This document shows positions 1-13,238 of a stretch of DNA of 64,000 nt, piece by piece. A program made the position numbers and the translations under genes. Each line of letters starts with the position of its first letter. The first letter of the stretch is position 1. Where the stretch lies: the NCBI RefSeq assembly GCF_006345805.1, contig NC_042997.1, forward strand, positions 10,788,001-10,852,000, written 5' to 3'. Source of the DNA: Octopus sinensis. Lineage: Eukaryota. Below the pieces are notes generated by a model. It saw nothing but the letters and a program-made list of their open reading frames with translations. It was not told the origin of the DNA and made no database searches.

Positions 1-552
1 TATTTTCCCTGTGCAGCGCTGTTGCACATCCCAAAAATTAATAAACAAAATTCACACGGCAACATAATAATACAACACCAGTTACGCAACTGAAATAGCC
101 AATCTAATGAAAACTAGAGATAGCCTCAAACATAAAACCCCATTAACATACGCAGCAGAATTAAAACTCAGTTTCAAGAAAATTAAACAAGGGAATAACA
201 AAGAAAACGAGGCATGAAAAATCATCAGTTGCAGGATATGAGCTAAGAGTGAAAAGGAATAAAACCAAATACCTTTAATAATTCACTCCAATATTCTTAT
301 GTTTCTATATGTCACCTTCCACCTTCTCTATCCGTTATGAGAATGAATCATTTATGTGGCACAAAGCCAATAATCTGAAGAGCGCTATGTCGACTGAACT
401 GAATCCGCTATATAGCTGATGTAATTTATTGGATAGGATAGGATTTGAATTCAGAACATCGAAGGCTAAATATTTTAAACCTTCAGTACAACTATCAACT
501 ATTTATATCACATCCCGTCTTTTACCGGTATCATAATAAATTGTTTCTAACA

Positions 553-750
553 AAGGCACAAGGCCTACAAATTTGGAGATCGGCATTAGCCAATTGTATC
601 GGCTCTAATATTTGACTGAGACTTTATTTTACCCATTCTGAAAGGCAAAACTAACCTCGACGAAATTTAAACTCAGATCGTAAAGAGCCGAAACAAATAC
701 AGTAATTCATTTTGTCCGACATTCTCAAGATTCAGCCAACTCGCTGCCAT
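553..750 (-). mobile_element. SINE family A, degenerate copy
   Basis: aaaggcacaaggcc...gaaaggcaaaactaacctcgacgaaatttaaactcag matches the reverse complement of family A seen in better copies (e.g. 34713-34930). Confidence 0.65.
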
Positions 751-762
751 ATATTAAAATAA

Positions 763-767
<5 letters not shown>

Positions 768-822
<55 letters not shown>
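768..822. repeat. (TA)n microsatellite
   Basis: Direct reading. Confidence 0.95.
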
Positions 823-826
<4 letters not shown>

Positions 827-1344
827 TATAATATATAAATATATTAAAATAATGATAATACAAGAGAGAAGAAAACGAGATAAGAGATAAAATATCACTG
901 ATAATTAAAGATGTAAGACAGCTTAATCTTCCTCTAGCCGCACCTTACCTGCTCTTTAAAAACAATGTGAGATCATATAGAATAAATAGTCTTACGTTAT
1001 GTCTAGGAAAGAAGCATAATATTATTATAGTTGGAACACTCTCATCATACTTCTACCCAATCAAGGTTGATCTGGAGCTAAACGAGAACAACAACAGCAT
1101 CTAGAACAAAGATACAAAGAAGAATAACGAGACAATACATTGAGGAGAGGGAGTTTTCTCATTAAAACTAAACTACAGAACCTGAAACGTAATTATTTTA
1201 TCAACATGATAAAATGGAAAGCCGAATTGAACATAGATCGCGAAAGGATTTATCTAAGCGCTGTAAGGTATTTTTGATTAGTACTCTATACCGATTCTAC
1301 CATCCAGCCTGCACACACTAGCATAATTAATCATACTTTTTACT

Positions 1345-1527
1345 AAAGGCACGAGGCCTGGTATTTTGGGGAGGGAACAAGTCGATTACATCGACCCCAG
1401 TGTTTCACTGGTACTTAATTTATCGACCCCGTAAGGATGAAAAGCAAAGTCGACCTCGGCGGAATATGAACCCACAACGTGAAAACAGACGAAATACCGC
1501 TAAGCATTTCGCCCGGCGTGCTAACGA
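1345..1527 (-). mobile_element. tRNA-derived SINE family A
   Basis: Contains gtcgattacatcgaccccagt...aaggatgaaaagcaaagtcgacctcggcggaa...gctaagcatttcgcccggcgtgctaacg. The minus strand has a B-box-like gggttcatattcc. Followed by (CA)n. Confidence 0.85.
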
Positions 1528-1541
1528 CACACACACACACA

Positions 1542-1584
<43 letters not shown>

Positions 1585-1599
1585 ACACATACATATATA

Positions 1600-1960
1600 T
1601 ACATAAATGTGTAATGGTGTCTGTCTGTCTGTGTGTTTGGGTTTACTCTAACTCTTCCCACACCGTCCAACCGATTTTAATGATTTTTGGCACATACGTA
1701 GATCCCATGCCCTGAAGTTCAAATAAGGCCGTAATTTTTCGAAAACTCAATAATACTTAGCTGGCATCGATTTCTGTGAGCTCAATCGGGCGTTTGAATG
1801 GAAATTCCCATAACGATGTTATTTTTCTTGCAGCTTACCAAAACTCCGTCGCTAGCTCTGACCATTTTTCTTCCGCCTGCCACACATCTACTCATCCTGC
1901 AACAGCCTGCAGAACCAGATATAACATCTTAATGGGTAATAGTTGGCACGGGTAACATAG
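1600..1960 (+). mobile_element. Possible degenerate non-autonomous Helitron-like (DINE/HINE-like) element
   Basis: Begins with (TGTC)n and ccgattttaatgatttttggcacatac, typical of DINE-1/HINE-like 5' regions. Ends ...ggcacgggtaacatag (CTAG-like), but the hairpin is incomplete. Confidence 0.3.
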
Positions 1961-2051
1961 AAGATTTCAATACAAGATCAGAGGTGGGCTTAACTTCAAC
2001 ACGGAAAACACGAGCAATATATAAATATATATATATGCATATATATTCTTC

Positions 2052-2684
2052 TAATATAAGGATAAAATTTTATTAAAAATTTTTATCGGTTGCCAGTATA
2101 TGAAAAATACCTTTTAAGATGAAATTATACAATTATAAATAAGAGCATAAAGAAAAAAAATTCTTTGCCAATATGCTGAAAAACAGGCGCTAAATCGTCT
2201 AACCACATAAAATATTTTCACTTGTGTTATACCACGTGCCGAAGCGCGTGCGCTTCCTGACCGACTACACTCGTGCCAAGGCGTGCTACGGAATTTCGTT
2301 TTGGATATATTTGGGGTACTTAAATGTATTCATGACTTTGCATCTGCTTTTCCGTGGGTATGCCTAAGTATTCCATCTATTTTCATTTCGTGTTCCTAGC
2401 TGATGAAGAAAGAATTCTTTGGGGATTAATCCAGAAACCGGAACTGATTTGGGAATTACTATATTTTTATGAATTTCTATTAGCTTGCTTTCCTCGTTTC
2501 AGCCTGTGGTGTAATAATACAAGTGAAAATATGTTATCTGGCGAGACAATTTAGCGTCTATTTTCAGCATACTGACAAAGAAATTTTTTCCCCTATTTAT
2601 AGCTGTATAATTTTCACCTTAAAAGGTATTTTTCATATGCTGGCCACTGATTAAATTTTTTAATAAAATTTTATCCTTATATTA
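2052..2684. mobile_element. MITE/foldback element with ~190-bp terminal inverted repeats
   Basis: 2052-2246 (taatataaggataaaatttt...) is the diverged reverse complement of 2495-2684 (...aaaattttatccttatatta). Both outer ends are TA. Confidence 0.75.
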
Positions 2685-2691
2685 ACCACTT

Positions 2692-3025
2692 GTGCGCGTT
2701 TCCTGACCGACCACATATGTGCCGAGGTTTGCTGCGGAATTTTGTTTTAGATATATTTGAGGTACTTAAATGTACTCATGATTTTACGTCTTTTTCCGTG
2801 GGTATGTCTAAGTATTTCATTTATTTTCATTTGTGTTCCTCGCTGATGAAGGAAGAATCCTTTTGAGGTTAATCCAAAAATCGGAACTGATTAAGAGATA
2901 ACTATATTTTTATGTATTTCTGTTAGCTTGCTTTCCTTGTTTCGGCTCGTGGTGTAATAATACAAGTGAAAATATTTTATCTGCTTAGACAATTTAGCGT
3001 CTATTTTTTCGGCATATTGGCAAAA
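2692..3025. repeat. Direct partial duplicate of the MITE interior plus part of its right TIR
   Basis: ttcctgaccgac...ggtacttaaatgta...gctgatgaa...gtaataatacaagtgaaaat...ttagcgtctatttt repeats about 2250-2580 with many substitutions. Confidence 0.8.
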
Positions 3026-3254
3026 CTGGAAATATAAACACATCGACACGAAAGGCACAATAAAAATTATTCTTATTAGTTTCATGCTTAAATCTCCTTT
3101 TGGAAAGAAAGAGAAAGAAATTAATAGATAATAGGGAAAGAAGAATACAAATGCAAAAATCATATTTTTAGCTCCAGCACCCTTTTCTTTTTCCTCTAGT
3201 TAAAGGCGTAAGTCCGAAACGAAAACTTTTCCATCTCTGAAATATTTGTTTCAA

Positions 3255-3865
3255 ATTTTGACACAAGGCCAGAAATTTTGAGGAAGGGGGTAAATCGATT
3301 ACATCGACCTCAGGTACTTATTTTCTCGACCCCAAAAGAATGAAAGGCAAAGCTGACCTCGGCGGAATTTGAACTCGGAACATAAAGACAGATGAAATTA
3401 TGCTAAACAATTTTGACCGACGTGCTAACGATTCTGCCACTACGCCGTCTTTATTCCTCAAATACTATTCATTTAAAATTTTGGCACAAGGCCAGCTAGT
3501 ACGGGGGCGGTGTATAAATCGATTACATCGACTCCAGTGATGAAAGTATCAACTGATACTTATTTCATCGAATCCGAAAGAATGAAAGGCAAAGTCGTAC
3601 TCGGCCAAATTTGAACTCAGAACGTAAAGATAGACGAAATACCTATTTCTTTATTACCAACAAGGGGCTAAACACAGAGGGAACAAACAAGGACAGACAT
3701 AGGTATTAAGTCGATTACATCGACCCCAGTTCGTAACTGGTACTTAATTTATCGACCCCGAAAGGATGAAAGGCAAAGTCGACCTCGGTGGAATTTGAAC
3801 TCACAACGTAACGCAGACGAAATGCCACTAAGCATTTCGCCCGGCGTGCTAACAATCCTGCTAGC
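3255..3865 (-). mobile_element. Three consecutive SINE family A copies (about 3255-3450, 3480-3642, 3643-3865)
   Basis: Three repeats of gattacatcgac...gaaaggcaaagtcgacctcggcggaatttgaactc. The third carries the long tail ctatttctttattacc...ggctaaacacagagg. Confidence 0.85.
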
Positions 3866-4040
3866 AAACGATACGCCTTTATGTCTTAAATAATATTTAT
3901 GCTTTTTAGCCTTTTGTATCTTTGTGTCACTCTATTCCTTTTAAATTATTTCAATACATCACACACTTACGTTTATCTCTACTCAATTCGTTCCTGAGAT
4001 TTCTAGTTTCATTCGGATTACACTGGTTACATTAACATAA

Positions 4041-4041
<1 letters not shown>

Positions 4042-4117
<76 letters not shown>
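4042..4117. repeat. (TG)n microsatellite
   Basis: Direct reading. Confidence 0.95.
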
Positions 4118-4118
<1 letters not shown>

Positions 4119-4506
4119 TTATACATGCCCGAATATAGTATGTAAATCAGTGTGTACATGTATGTATGTATATATATATATGCATAGACATGCTCACAAA
4201 CGAACATTTGCATATACACTTGCACAAGCGCATATATATGTATATATATATATATATATATGCGTATACGTGTGTGCAAGTACGCATGTGTGCGTGTGTG
4301 TAATCAGATTTAATGAAAGAAAGACAAGTACGAAGGACAAATGGAAAGAAGAGGAAATGAATATGTTGGCTAGAAGTTGATTCAAAGAATGTAACTCAAG
4401 GAAAATAGCGAGAAGTGATGACTTATGAGGAAAGAAAACCACGTCAATGCATTATCTTTTCAATGAACAGTCTCAATAAAACCCTTCACAGATATTGTAG
4501 TAATTA

Positions 4507-4899
4507 TCTTTATATATAAAAGTGAAGTTGTGTGTCTGTCTCCTACGATTTAGATTCCTAACTACTCCCACATTTTGCGGTACAGTTTAACCAAAACCGG
4601 GTATCTTATAGTCGTGATTCATATCGAGCCCTTCTGGGTATTAGCGCACGTCTACGATGAGTCTACGATTTAAAAAATAATTTACCATCATATTTTTCCA
4701 TTTTAATGCATTTTTTCGCTATTATATAAGGGAAGTAACTCTCTAAAAATGTCTACGATGAGTCAACGATTTTTTAAAAATTTACCATAATTTTTTCCAT
4801 TTTTAATGCATTTTTTGCTATTTTTTGGCTATAACTCTCTAAAAATGCTTTATAGTTATTTCCCTTACAAGCCCGAGCAACGCCGGGCGATACTGCTAG
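4507..4899 (+). mobile_element. Non-autonomous Helitron (393 bp)
   Basis: 5' TC preceded by A (4506). GC hairpin gcccg-agcaacgc-cgggc at 4871-4888. 3' CTAG at 4896-4899 followed by T. No TSD. All are canonical Helitron hallmarks. Confidence 0.85.
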
Positions 4900-5000
4900 T
4901 CAGTTATAAAAATGTTTTAAATTTTTAATGGGTCGCTCGACGTGGTTGACATAACATCTAGATTTACTTCTAATCACAGCTATTATCTTTAAAAAAGGTT

Positions 5001-5380
5001 AAGGTGACGAGTTGGCAGAATCATTAGCGCGTCAGAAAAATGCTTAGCCGCTTTTCTCTTGGCTCATTACATTCTGAGTTCAAATTCCGCCGAGGTCACC
5101 TTTGTGTTTCATCCATTAAAGGTCGATAAAATAAGTACCTATTTCTTTATTACCCACAAAGGGTTAAACACAGAGGGGACAAACAAGAACAGACATAGGT
5201 ATTAAGTCGATTACATCGACCCCCAGTGCGTAACTGGTACTTAATTTATCGACCCCGAAAGGATGAAAGGCAAAGTCGACCTCGGCGGAATTTGAACTCA
5301 CAACGTATGAACACTGGGGTCGATATTATCCACTTGCTCCCTCTCACCAAATTGTAAGCCTTCTAACTCTAGTAGAAAGA
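5001..5380 (+). mobile_element. SINE family A host copy interrupted by an inverted, 5'-truncated family A copy (5139-5307, minus)
   Basis: The host reads ...gtcgataaaataagtac, is interrupted, then resumes tgaacactggggtcgat. The insert is the reverse-strand A sequence with the long tail. Confidence 0.85.
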
Positions 5381-5392
5381 ATTAGTTAGTAT

Positions 5393-5605
5393 GTGACGAG
5401 CTGGAAGAATAGTTAACTCGCCGGACAAAATGCTTAGTAGCATTTCGTCCGGCTTTACATTCTGAGCTTCAATATTATAGAGGTCAACTTTGTCTTTCTT
5501 CCTTTTCAGGATCGATAAAATAAGTGCCACTTGAGAACTGAGATCAATGTAACCGACCTACCCTTCCCCTAAAAATTACTGACCTGATGCCAAAACTTGA
5601 AACCA
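5393..5605 (+). mobile_element. SINE family A, degenerate copy
   Basis: gacgagctggaagaatagttaactcgccggacaaaatgcttag...gaggtcaactttgtctttc...gatcgataaaataagtg. Confidence 0.75.
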
Positions 5606-6177
5606 TTATCTTAAAATAGTTTTCTTTTGTGTTGCTTAGTCAGAAGAGGACGGACAGTGCCCGTGAATTTTACTGAGACTCCGAGATTATTCGTGAGTGG
5701 AATAAGAAACTGCGAGATATAGATTACTGCATTAGGAAATAGTATAGTATTGCATAACAACACCAAAAACAACAACACTGAAGTCGCCCATAAATCTAAG
5801 CCTTAATCTCTTCATAAAAATGAAAAAACAAAACATTAAGTAATGACGTCTTAGTCACTGAACAAAAGAAATTATGATTGGGGGCTAAACAACAATACCA
5901 GTTTAAAAGAAAAGCCACTGGGTAAACACCACATTTTTAAATACTGCTATTACTAATGCTACTACTATAATCTTCTATGTAATTGACTAATTCGCTTGAA
6001 ATACAGTCAAAGCTCATTCTATTAACCCTACTATGTTTAAGTATGTCGGATAATGTATTCTTAAATTACTCTACTTGAATAGAAAATCTTGAATGCTCAT
6101 GGCTGGAATCCATTAGATTACATGTTTTCAATATCAGAGCTAACCCTGAGGCTAAATAACATCTTCTATTTTGAAGT

Positions 6178-6280
<103 letters not shown>

Positions 6281-6524
6281 TTGCCAAGTTTTCACAATGA
6301 CATCACCTTTAACTTGGTTTGTTCTTACAATTCCTCACTAACCTGATTTTACATGCAGTTTTATTTCCTTGGTGTTTTACTTAACGTTCGATCATTTATG
6401 TCCGGCGGAATGATTTATTTTGTTAATGTGAAAAAATCCAATGCATCGAGCGAATTCTAACTCATTAAGTATCAGTGTCCCTTTCTATTTATCTACTTAT
6501 TCCAATCTAAGTATCTTATCAATT

Positions 6525-6535
6525 CTCTCTCTCTC

Positions 6536-6581
<46 letters not shown>

Positions 6582-6707
6582 TATATACACATATATTATA
6601 TATATATATTATATATATATATATTATATATATGCATGTATATATGTATATATACATTATATGTATGTATATGTATATATATTATATATATGTATATGTA
6701 TATATAT

Positions 6708-6739
<32 letters not shown>

Positions 6740-6797
6740 TATATATATATATAATATATATATATTATGTATATATATTATTATATATAGTATATAT

Positions 6798-6878
<81 letters not shown>

Positions 6879-6974
6879 GAAGTGGAAACTGGAGAAAAAC
6901 GCACAAGATTTTATTTAAATCATTTATATTTCCACACTTTTCCTTGAAAAGTAGACATATATATACATACATAC

Positions 6975-7018
<44 letters not shown>

Positions 7019-7027
7019 ATATATATA

Positions 7028-7058
<31 letters not shown>

Positions 7059-7070
7059 TGTATACACACA
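6525..7070. repeat. Compound (CT)n/(TA)n/(TATG)n microsatellite block
   Basis: Direct reading. Confidence 0.95.
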
Positions 7071-7228
7071 CCCATTCCATTTGTCATTCTATCTGTTCTT
7101 TTAACTTTCTCACACTCTTATAATCATGCATACATGCACACAAATGCACGCACGCACACACACACAAATATATATATATATATTTAAACATACACACACA
7201 TACGTACATTCTATCCGTTCCTCTGCTT

Positions 7229-7260
<32 letters not shown>

Positions 7261-7959
7261 TCACTCACTAATTCTTTGTGTGTGTGTGCATGTGTAATTT
7301 TCCTTAGATGTACATCGTACACATAGATGCTCACAAAAATCGTGTACGTATCTATTAGTCTGTCTGTCTCTATTTATTATTCCCTTCTTTATTATTATAG
7401 CCTTTTATCAAGTTCACCAATCTGAGTCTATTTATCTATCAATCTATCCCTCCTCGCCAAAACATTTTCGTGTATTAATGCACATGCATATAGTTTTATT
7501 GTTTGTTTATTTATATATTTGCTTGTTCTTGTGTGTTTGTGTGTGTGTTCATACATAAATTGCGTGTATCTGTTGGGACTCGTGTATATGTGTTGTATAA
7601 TTACACTCCCCATAACACTAACAAAAAAAGTACCATCCACGCCCATTGCTATATAAATAATCTTCTCAAATCTAGCCTAGCTTTCTGAAGTATCATATTG
7701 CATGTGTTCTGCGTTGACGAGAATAACAGAGTAAATTATTCATGTGCAACATACATCATTATCGTATGTTTTGCCGTAGAGCAGGCTGACCAGCGAAGTA
7801 TTGCTAAGAACAGGTCGATACCGTTATTGTGTAGAGCTTTTATGATAAAACTGAGAAGAAGCGAAAGTTAAGAGAAGTTGAAACAGTAATTCTTCCTACT
7901 TTAACACCCCTGAGTGAATAAAGATTACATTCTGCATGTAACCGTATATACACACATGT

Positions 7960-8347
7960 ACACATACGCACATACACATGTGCACACACACATACACACA
8001 TACGTATATAAATATATATATAAATATATGTGTGTGAGAGAGAGAGAGAGTGTGTGTGTGTGTGTATAGATAGATATATACATTTACATATACACACACA
8101 CATATATATATATACACATATGTATATATATATATATATTATATATATATATATGTATGTATGTATGTATATATATGTATATATATGTGTATATATATAT
8201 ATATATAGACGTGCAAACATTTAAGGTATATATATATATATACACATATATACACGCGTAGGTATATATGTGTATGTGAGTGTGTGTACAAGCACGCAGT
8301 GACATGCACACTCACTAATATACATACGTACATACATACATACATAC

Positions 8348-8385
<38 letters not shown>

Positions 8386-8460
8386 TATATATATATATGC
8401 ACATACACACATATATGCACATACACACACGCACGCACACACACATACACAGACAAATAC
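7960..8460. repeat. Compound TA/CA/TG microsatellite block
   Basis: Direct reading. Confidence 0.9.
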
Positions 8461-8519
8461 ATTATATGAGTCAGAGAAGAAAGTGCACGTCTACATCAAT
8501 TTTCATTTTTATTTTTGTG

Positions 8520-8935
8520 TTTATGTTTATGTTTCCAGAATAGCATTTTCCTTTAAAGTGGATTTGTTTTCATTGGAGGTTGTGGACTGTAGATTTGCTT
8601 ATGATTTTTTTTCTTTTTTCAATTCATGAATGTAGCAAAGAGGCTCCATTTGACCGGTCGGGGTGTCATTCCCATATAGATCTTAGACTTGCTTTCTTGA
8701 CGACAATCTCCTTAGCTAAGCAGTTATTAGAATGGGTGTTTATTGATGCCGGTGCTTTTGCATAATTTGGTGGGAGGGCGTTCATTGTTTTTGTTTTTGT
8801 AGGTTAAAAAAAGAAAGAAATTAATCGAATATAGGAGTGCTGGCGTAAGGAATAATAACGGTAGTTTTGTTAAATATTTTGTGGTAGTTATGCTCTGCAG
8901 GAAAATGTTCTCTAAGTAGATCTTTTCCGATCGAA
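8520..8935 (-). mobile_element. Degenerate Penelope-like element C-terminal/GIY-YIG remnant
   Basis: Minus-strand frames give YHKIFNKTTVIIPYASTP and SKIYMGMT, resembling the PLE linker (YHKIFNRNTVKxSYS) and the GIY-YIG second motif (YIGxT). Frameshifted. Confidence 0.5.
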
Positions 8936-8994
8936 GTTACTCCAACTCACTCACCACCTACCACCGTTGCCACAGTCTTAGCACAATCATTAAT

Positions 8995-9224
8995 CACCAT
9001 CATTATCATCATCAACATCATCATCAACATCATCATCAACATCAACATCTCCAATATTAATTAGCATCACAAATATCAAATTCCAGCCTCTTCCCCATCT
9101 ACCATCACTGTCGACACTTCAACACCGTCATCACTGTTAAAACTCCCAACATCAGCTACATCATCACGATCATCATCATCATCCTTATCGTCATTATCGT
9201 CATTATCACTATCATCATTATCAC

Positions 9225-9268
<44 letters not shown>

Positions 9269-9560
9269 GCATCACCATCATCATCATCATCATCATCATC
9301 ACTATCATCATCACTATCATCATCACCAGCTTCTCCATATCCAAGCTCCACCTTCAGCTACACTGCCATCCACTCATCAACAATGAAGGGTCCCGCTACT
9401 GCTGCATTCAGCACCAATACCATCACAACATTACTTTATAACTATCTTCATCATCATCATCTTCATCGTCGTCATCATCATAATTACCACCACAACTACC
9501 ATCACCACCATCAAGGCAAGCACCTGCATCGCCAAAGCCACCACCTCCACTGTTCTCACT
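8995..9560. repeat. (CAT)n/(CAC)n trinucleotide-rich tract
   Basis: Direct reading. It is the source of the poly-D, poly-M and poly-H ORFs. Confidence 0.9.
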
Positions 9561-9834
9561 ACTACAGAACCAGAACCAGAACCAACTACCTTGCCGCTGT
9601 CGTTATGGCTACTTTTCTGCCCTTTTCTATGGCCTTTTTCTGTCTAGAACTAATTCAGTTCAGAGGGAGTGTTCCTTTATTACTTATTTAGTCTTTCAGA
9701 CGAAATATATTTTGTTATATTTTGTCGGACTCTACAAAGTCCCTGCAGTAAATCTACGGATAACAACAGGTAATCGAAACTGTGCCGGTACTTTCCTCAT
9801 CATCCATTATACATTTTGTATAATTTCTTCATTC

Positions 9835-9870
<36 letters not shown>

Positions 9871-10128
9871 ATATATATATAAATTAAATAAAGAAATACA
9901 GTTGACAATCTAAGAATTTATTTATAATATAATCTAATATAAATATATAAGACAACATAAAATTATTAAAAAACCGTATATATATATGTGTGTGTGTGTG
10001 TATGTGTGTGTGTTTACGTGTGTATGTATGTACGTATGTATGTATGTGTGTATGTATGTATGTATGTATGTATGTATGTATGTATGCATGTATGTATATA
10101 TGTATGTATGCATGTATGTATATGTACA

Positions 10129-10530
10129 CGAAGGAGTGCTGAAAAGTTCGTGGTTTTAAGAGTATTCTGAAAGAGTAGAACTGTTACCTTTACAGAGGAG
10201 GTAGAACAACTATTTAGGAGAAGATATGGAAAATATCATGATGGTATACAATATATCTTTCTCTTTTCTTAGATTTAACGCACGATAACGGCTCCTGCAT
10301 AGGTTTTTGGTACGGGCGGTCATGAAGTTCTTTTTGCAAGGCAAAGGAGCGACGGAAACCCATGGCACGATGAAGGAAGTCTTGAAGGATGGCTGTATGT
10401 CTTAGTCCATAGTGAAAATCTGAATGTCAAGGTTTCGGACTGGTCATTTCCAGATCACAGATGAACCCTGGTCAGGGCGACCAATTTTCGCGACCACAGA
10501 AAACAAAGCCAACGCTGTGCACGTCGAATT
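10129..10530 (+). mobile_element. Mariner transposon 5' remnant (TIR plus transposase N-terminus)
   Basis: Starts cgaaggagtgctgaaaagttc (TIR shared with 16635). Decayed frame RAVMKFFLQGKGATETHGTMKEVL...RFRTGHFQITDEPWSGRP matches the mariner HTH and D-x-P-R-S-G-R-P motif. Contains stops. Confidence 0.8.
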
Positions 10531-10574
10531 CCAGCTAAAATCATAGCTGAGACTCGTGTGCGTGTGTGTGTATG

Positions 10575-10647
<73 letters not shown>

Positions 10648-13074
10648 TAGGGTAAAATTAATTAATTAATGATTAATAATTTTACAAAGTAGTCAGTACG
10701 TTAAAAAAACCTTAGGTGAATTATTCAAAATATACTATAATTATATAAATAATTATAATCAGGGGTCAGCTAAGTGCCTCGCCACGTACTCACACACATA
10801 CATGTGAATGTATGCATGATTTTCCTTTGAGTTTTATTTAAGTTCTTAAGTGAATTCAAGCCTGTCGTTAACAAAGCGACATGACTTCTTGAGTAAAGAG
10901 AGTTTCCGGTGTTTGTAAATGGGTGGTTGAGTTGGTGTGTTGGTTGAACTGTCGATGCATACACCACCTAAGTGCGTGCATCTATTCATATAAGAATCTC
11001 AGGTGGAGAATTTTTGAAATGTCTTACAAATCTTCACTGCGCCACTAATAGATTGGATTTGAAAAATTCAGTCAGTTTCTTTTGCTCTTTCTCATAAAAC
11101 CAAGTATCTCTGGGTTTTTGTGCGAATTTACTGGTACATATAGTAACTGGTTTTGTATAACAAAAATATCACAGCCTGTTAATGGGTTAAGATTTAAAGA
11201 AAGTTTGCCATTCAACTTATGTTTTCCTGTGTCTAGTCTCAAAATGAAGCACAGAACATAATCCAAGATATGAGAACAGAATGAAAATGTGTGAGCATGT
11301 CTGTACATTAAAATAATTTCTTCCGTAAAACAAGGTCAGAGTCTCGAAAGGAAGCATATTGAATCAACCCAGATATATCGTTGGTTTCTCACTTTTGCTC
11401 GAGATAACAGATTCATTCGTTAAAAGTAGCCGATTAAATTGACCATATTTCATTTTTGGTGCTTATTGTATTTGCAACCAAGCGCTGAAAACGAAGATGA
11501 AGACACAGATACAGGAATTCAATTCTAAAGCATACAGAGATGAAAGTAAATAATGTAAGACTTTCGTCCAGTGCTTTCCTGTTTTCACCAACTTTGATTT
11601 ATTCTAGTTTGTTATTTGACGATTAAAATGGTAACTGAACATAGGCCATACAAAATAGCATGATTTCCCCTGCAACAATTTGTTGCTGTTTGCATTAAAT
11701 TTTTCCACTTTGTGTTGTTAAAATAATGATTTTGACATGGTCAATATATCAATATATCTGTTGATACTTTTTTTAAGATATTATATCACTACATATAATA
11801 AGAATTACTGAGAACGTATATTTTTTTTAAGAAAGAATACTGAACTAAGTTGGGCATTTTTATGATTCAGCCTGAGGAACAAGGTTGGCGCACGTGGCCC
11901 TTTTTCAGGTCCTGAAACTAATAGAAGAGAAGAAGTTACCCTCAGGCCGGACTCCTAACAAAATATTTGCAACAGAGCGGACTCTGCTAAACATCTCCAA
12001 AGACAAAGTGATAATGTTAAGTAGAAAGACAGATTAAGTCTAACACCCAAAATGTAATGTGTATAAATATCTATTTGAGACAGAAATAACCAACGGGTCT
12101 ATTGATAGGAGTCAAACCAGGTTAAATGGATAATTTTCCTTAAAGTTAACCTATTAATAGGCTGTGGTAGTTTGTCTATTTTCTTTTACCTACACTTTTC
12201 CGACAACCGTATAATTGATGACACTGAACGACTGATATTCTTATATTAAGCACTATAAATTTTTGCTACTATTTTACACCACAAGATGACCAAACTCTAG
12301 CAGGGCAACCTTTTCTCCTCTTGTCTAACATAGTAAGGTGTTCTACATCCTACCTAAGTTTAATGTTTACTACGGCAGACTGTCAGGCACTCACTCTGTA
12401 ATATAATAATAGTAACGCCATCGGTCGGGAATCATTATATATGTGGCTTGAATCTCTTGAGATGATACTCCAGTGCTTTAACTACTCTGCTGTTTTTCTT
12501 CTATGATGAATTACTACAGCCGTTGAAAAAAAGGAAAGAAAATAATGTAGAATATTATCAGCGTAGAAGTAGAAGAGATTTGAAGTTTATAGAAGGGATA
12601 TCATTTATGTCAAAAAGAGAGATAAATAGATAGCTTGTCTCTTTGGAACGATAGAGTTTATTGAATTGTGGATCAGATAGCACAAGAAATATCATCGATA
12701 CCAAACAGAAAGAGAGCTGGATAGATAGAATGTCTTTTTAAAACACCAGAATTGATTGAGTTTATGGATCAGATAACAGAAAAGATACATCGTTGATACG
12801 AAGGAGAAAGACAGCCTCCTTAGAACACTGTAATTTATAGAATTATAGATTAGATAGCTAATTGAGCAGCAAGTGAGGAATGCAGATTTCTTTTTCAAAT
12901 GAAGCATCTAATAATCTTTTCATATAAAAAAAGAACATTGTTGATGTTTTAAAGATATACAAAGAAATTTATCAACATGAAGTCTTCAGTAGCATCAATT
13001 AAAATGTAGCGCATGATGAACAATTCTTACAAGAAAGTAGGGTGTCAGCGATCTAGTCTTATTTATATACTCAC

Positions 13075-13238
13075 AATAACATATATCAATTTCTCACTGG
13101 AACAAATCCATGTATTTTGCAATAGAGGATTGGTGTCAACTAAACCAACACCCAGTACAACACTAAGTATTTGAGGAGATGAGAGGAAAGGAAAAATCCC
13201 TCCAGCATAATTTGAATACGAAACATAACAGTTTGTAA
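13075..13238 (-). CDS. Candidate exon of an unidentified gene (TNCYVSYSNYAGGIFPFLSSPQILSVVLGVGLVDTNPLLQNTWICSSEKLIYVI)
   Basis: Donor att|GTGAGT. Acceptor gtattcAG (alternative catcAG at 13271). One open frame; less AT-rich than the flanks. No homology recognised. Confidence 0.35.

Noticed and set aside
11072-11308. 78-aa minus-strand ORF as a further exon of the 13-18 kb candidate gene
   Set aside because: No acceptor in phase with the upstream candidate exon and no clear donor.
11919-12045. Plus-strand exon candidate (VLKLIEEKKLPSGRTPNKIF...); similar isolated candidate at 15573-15612
   Set aside because: Isolated, with a weak donor or no compatible partner exon. Expected by chance in 64 kb.
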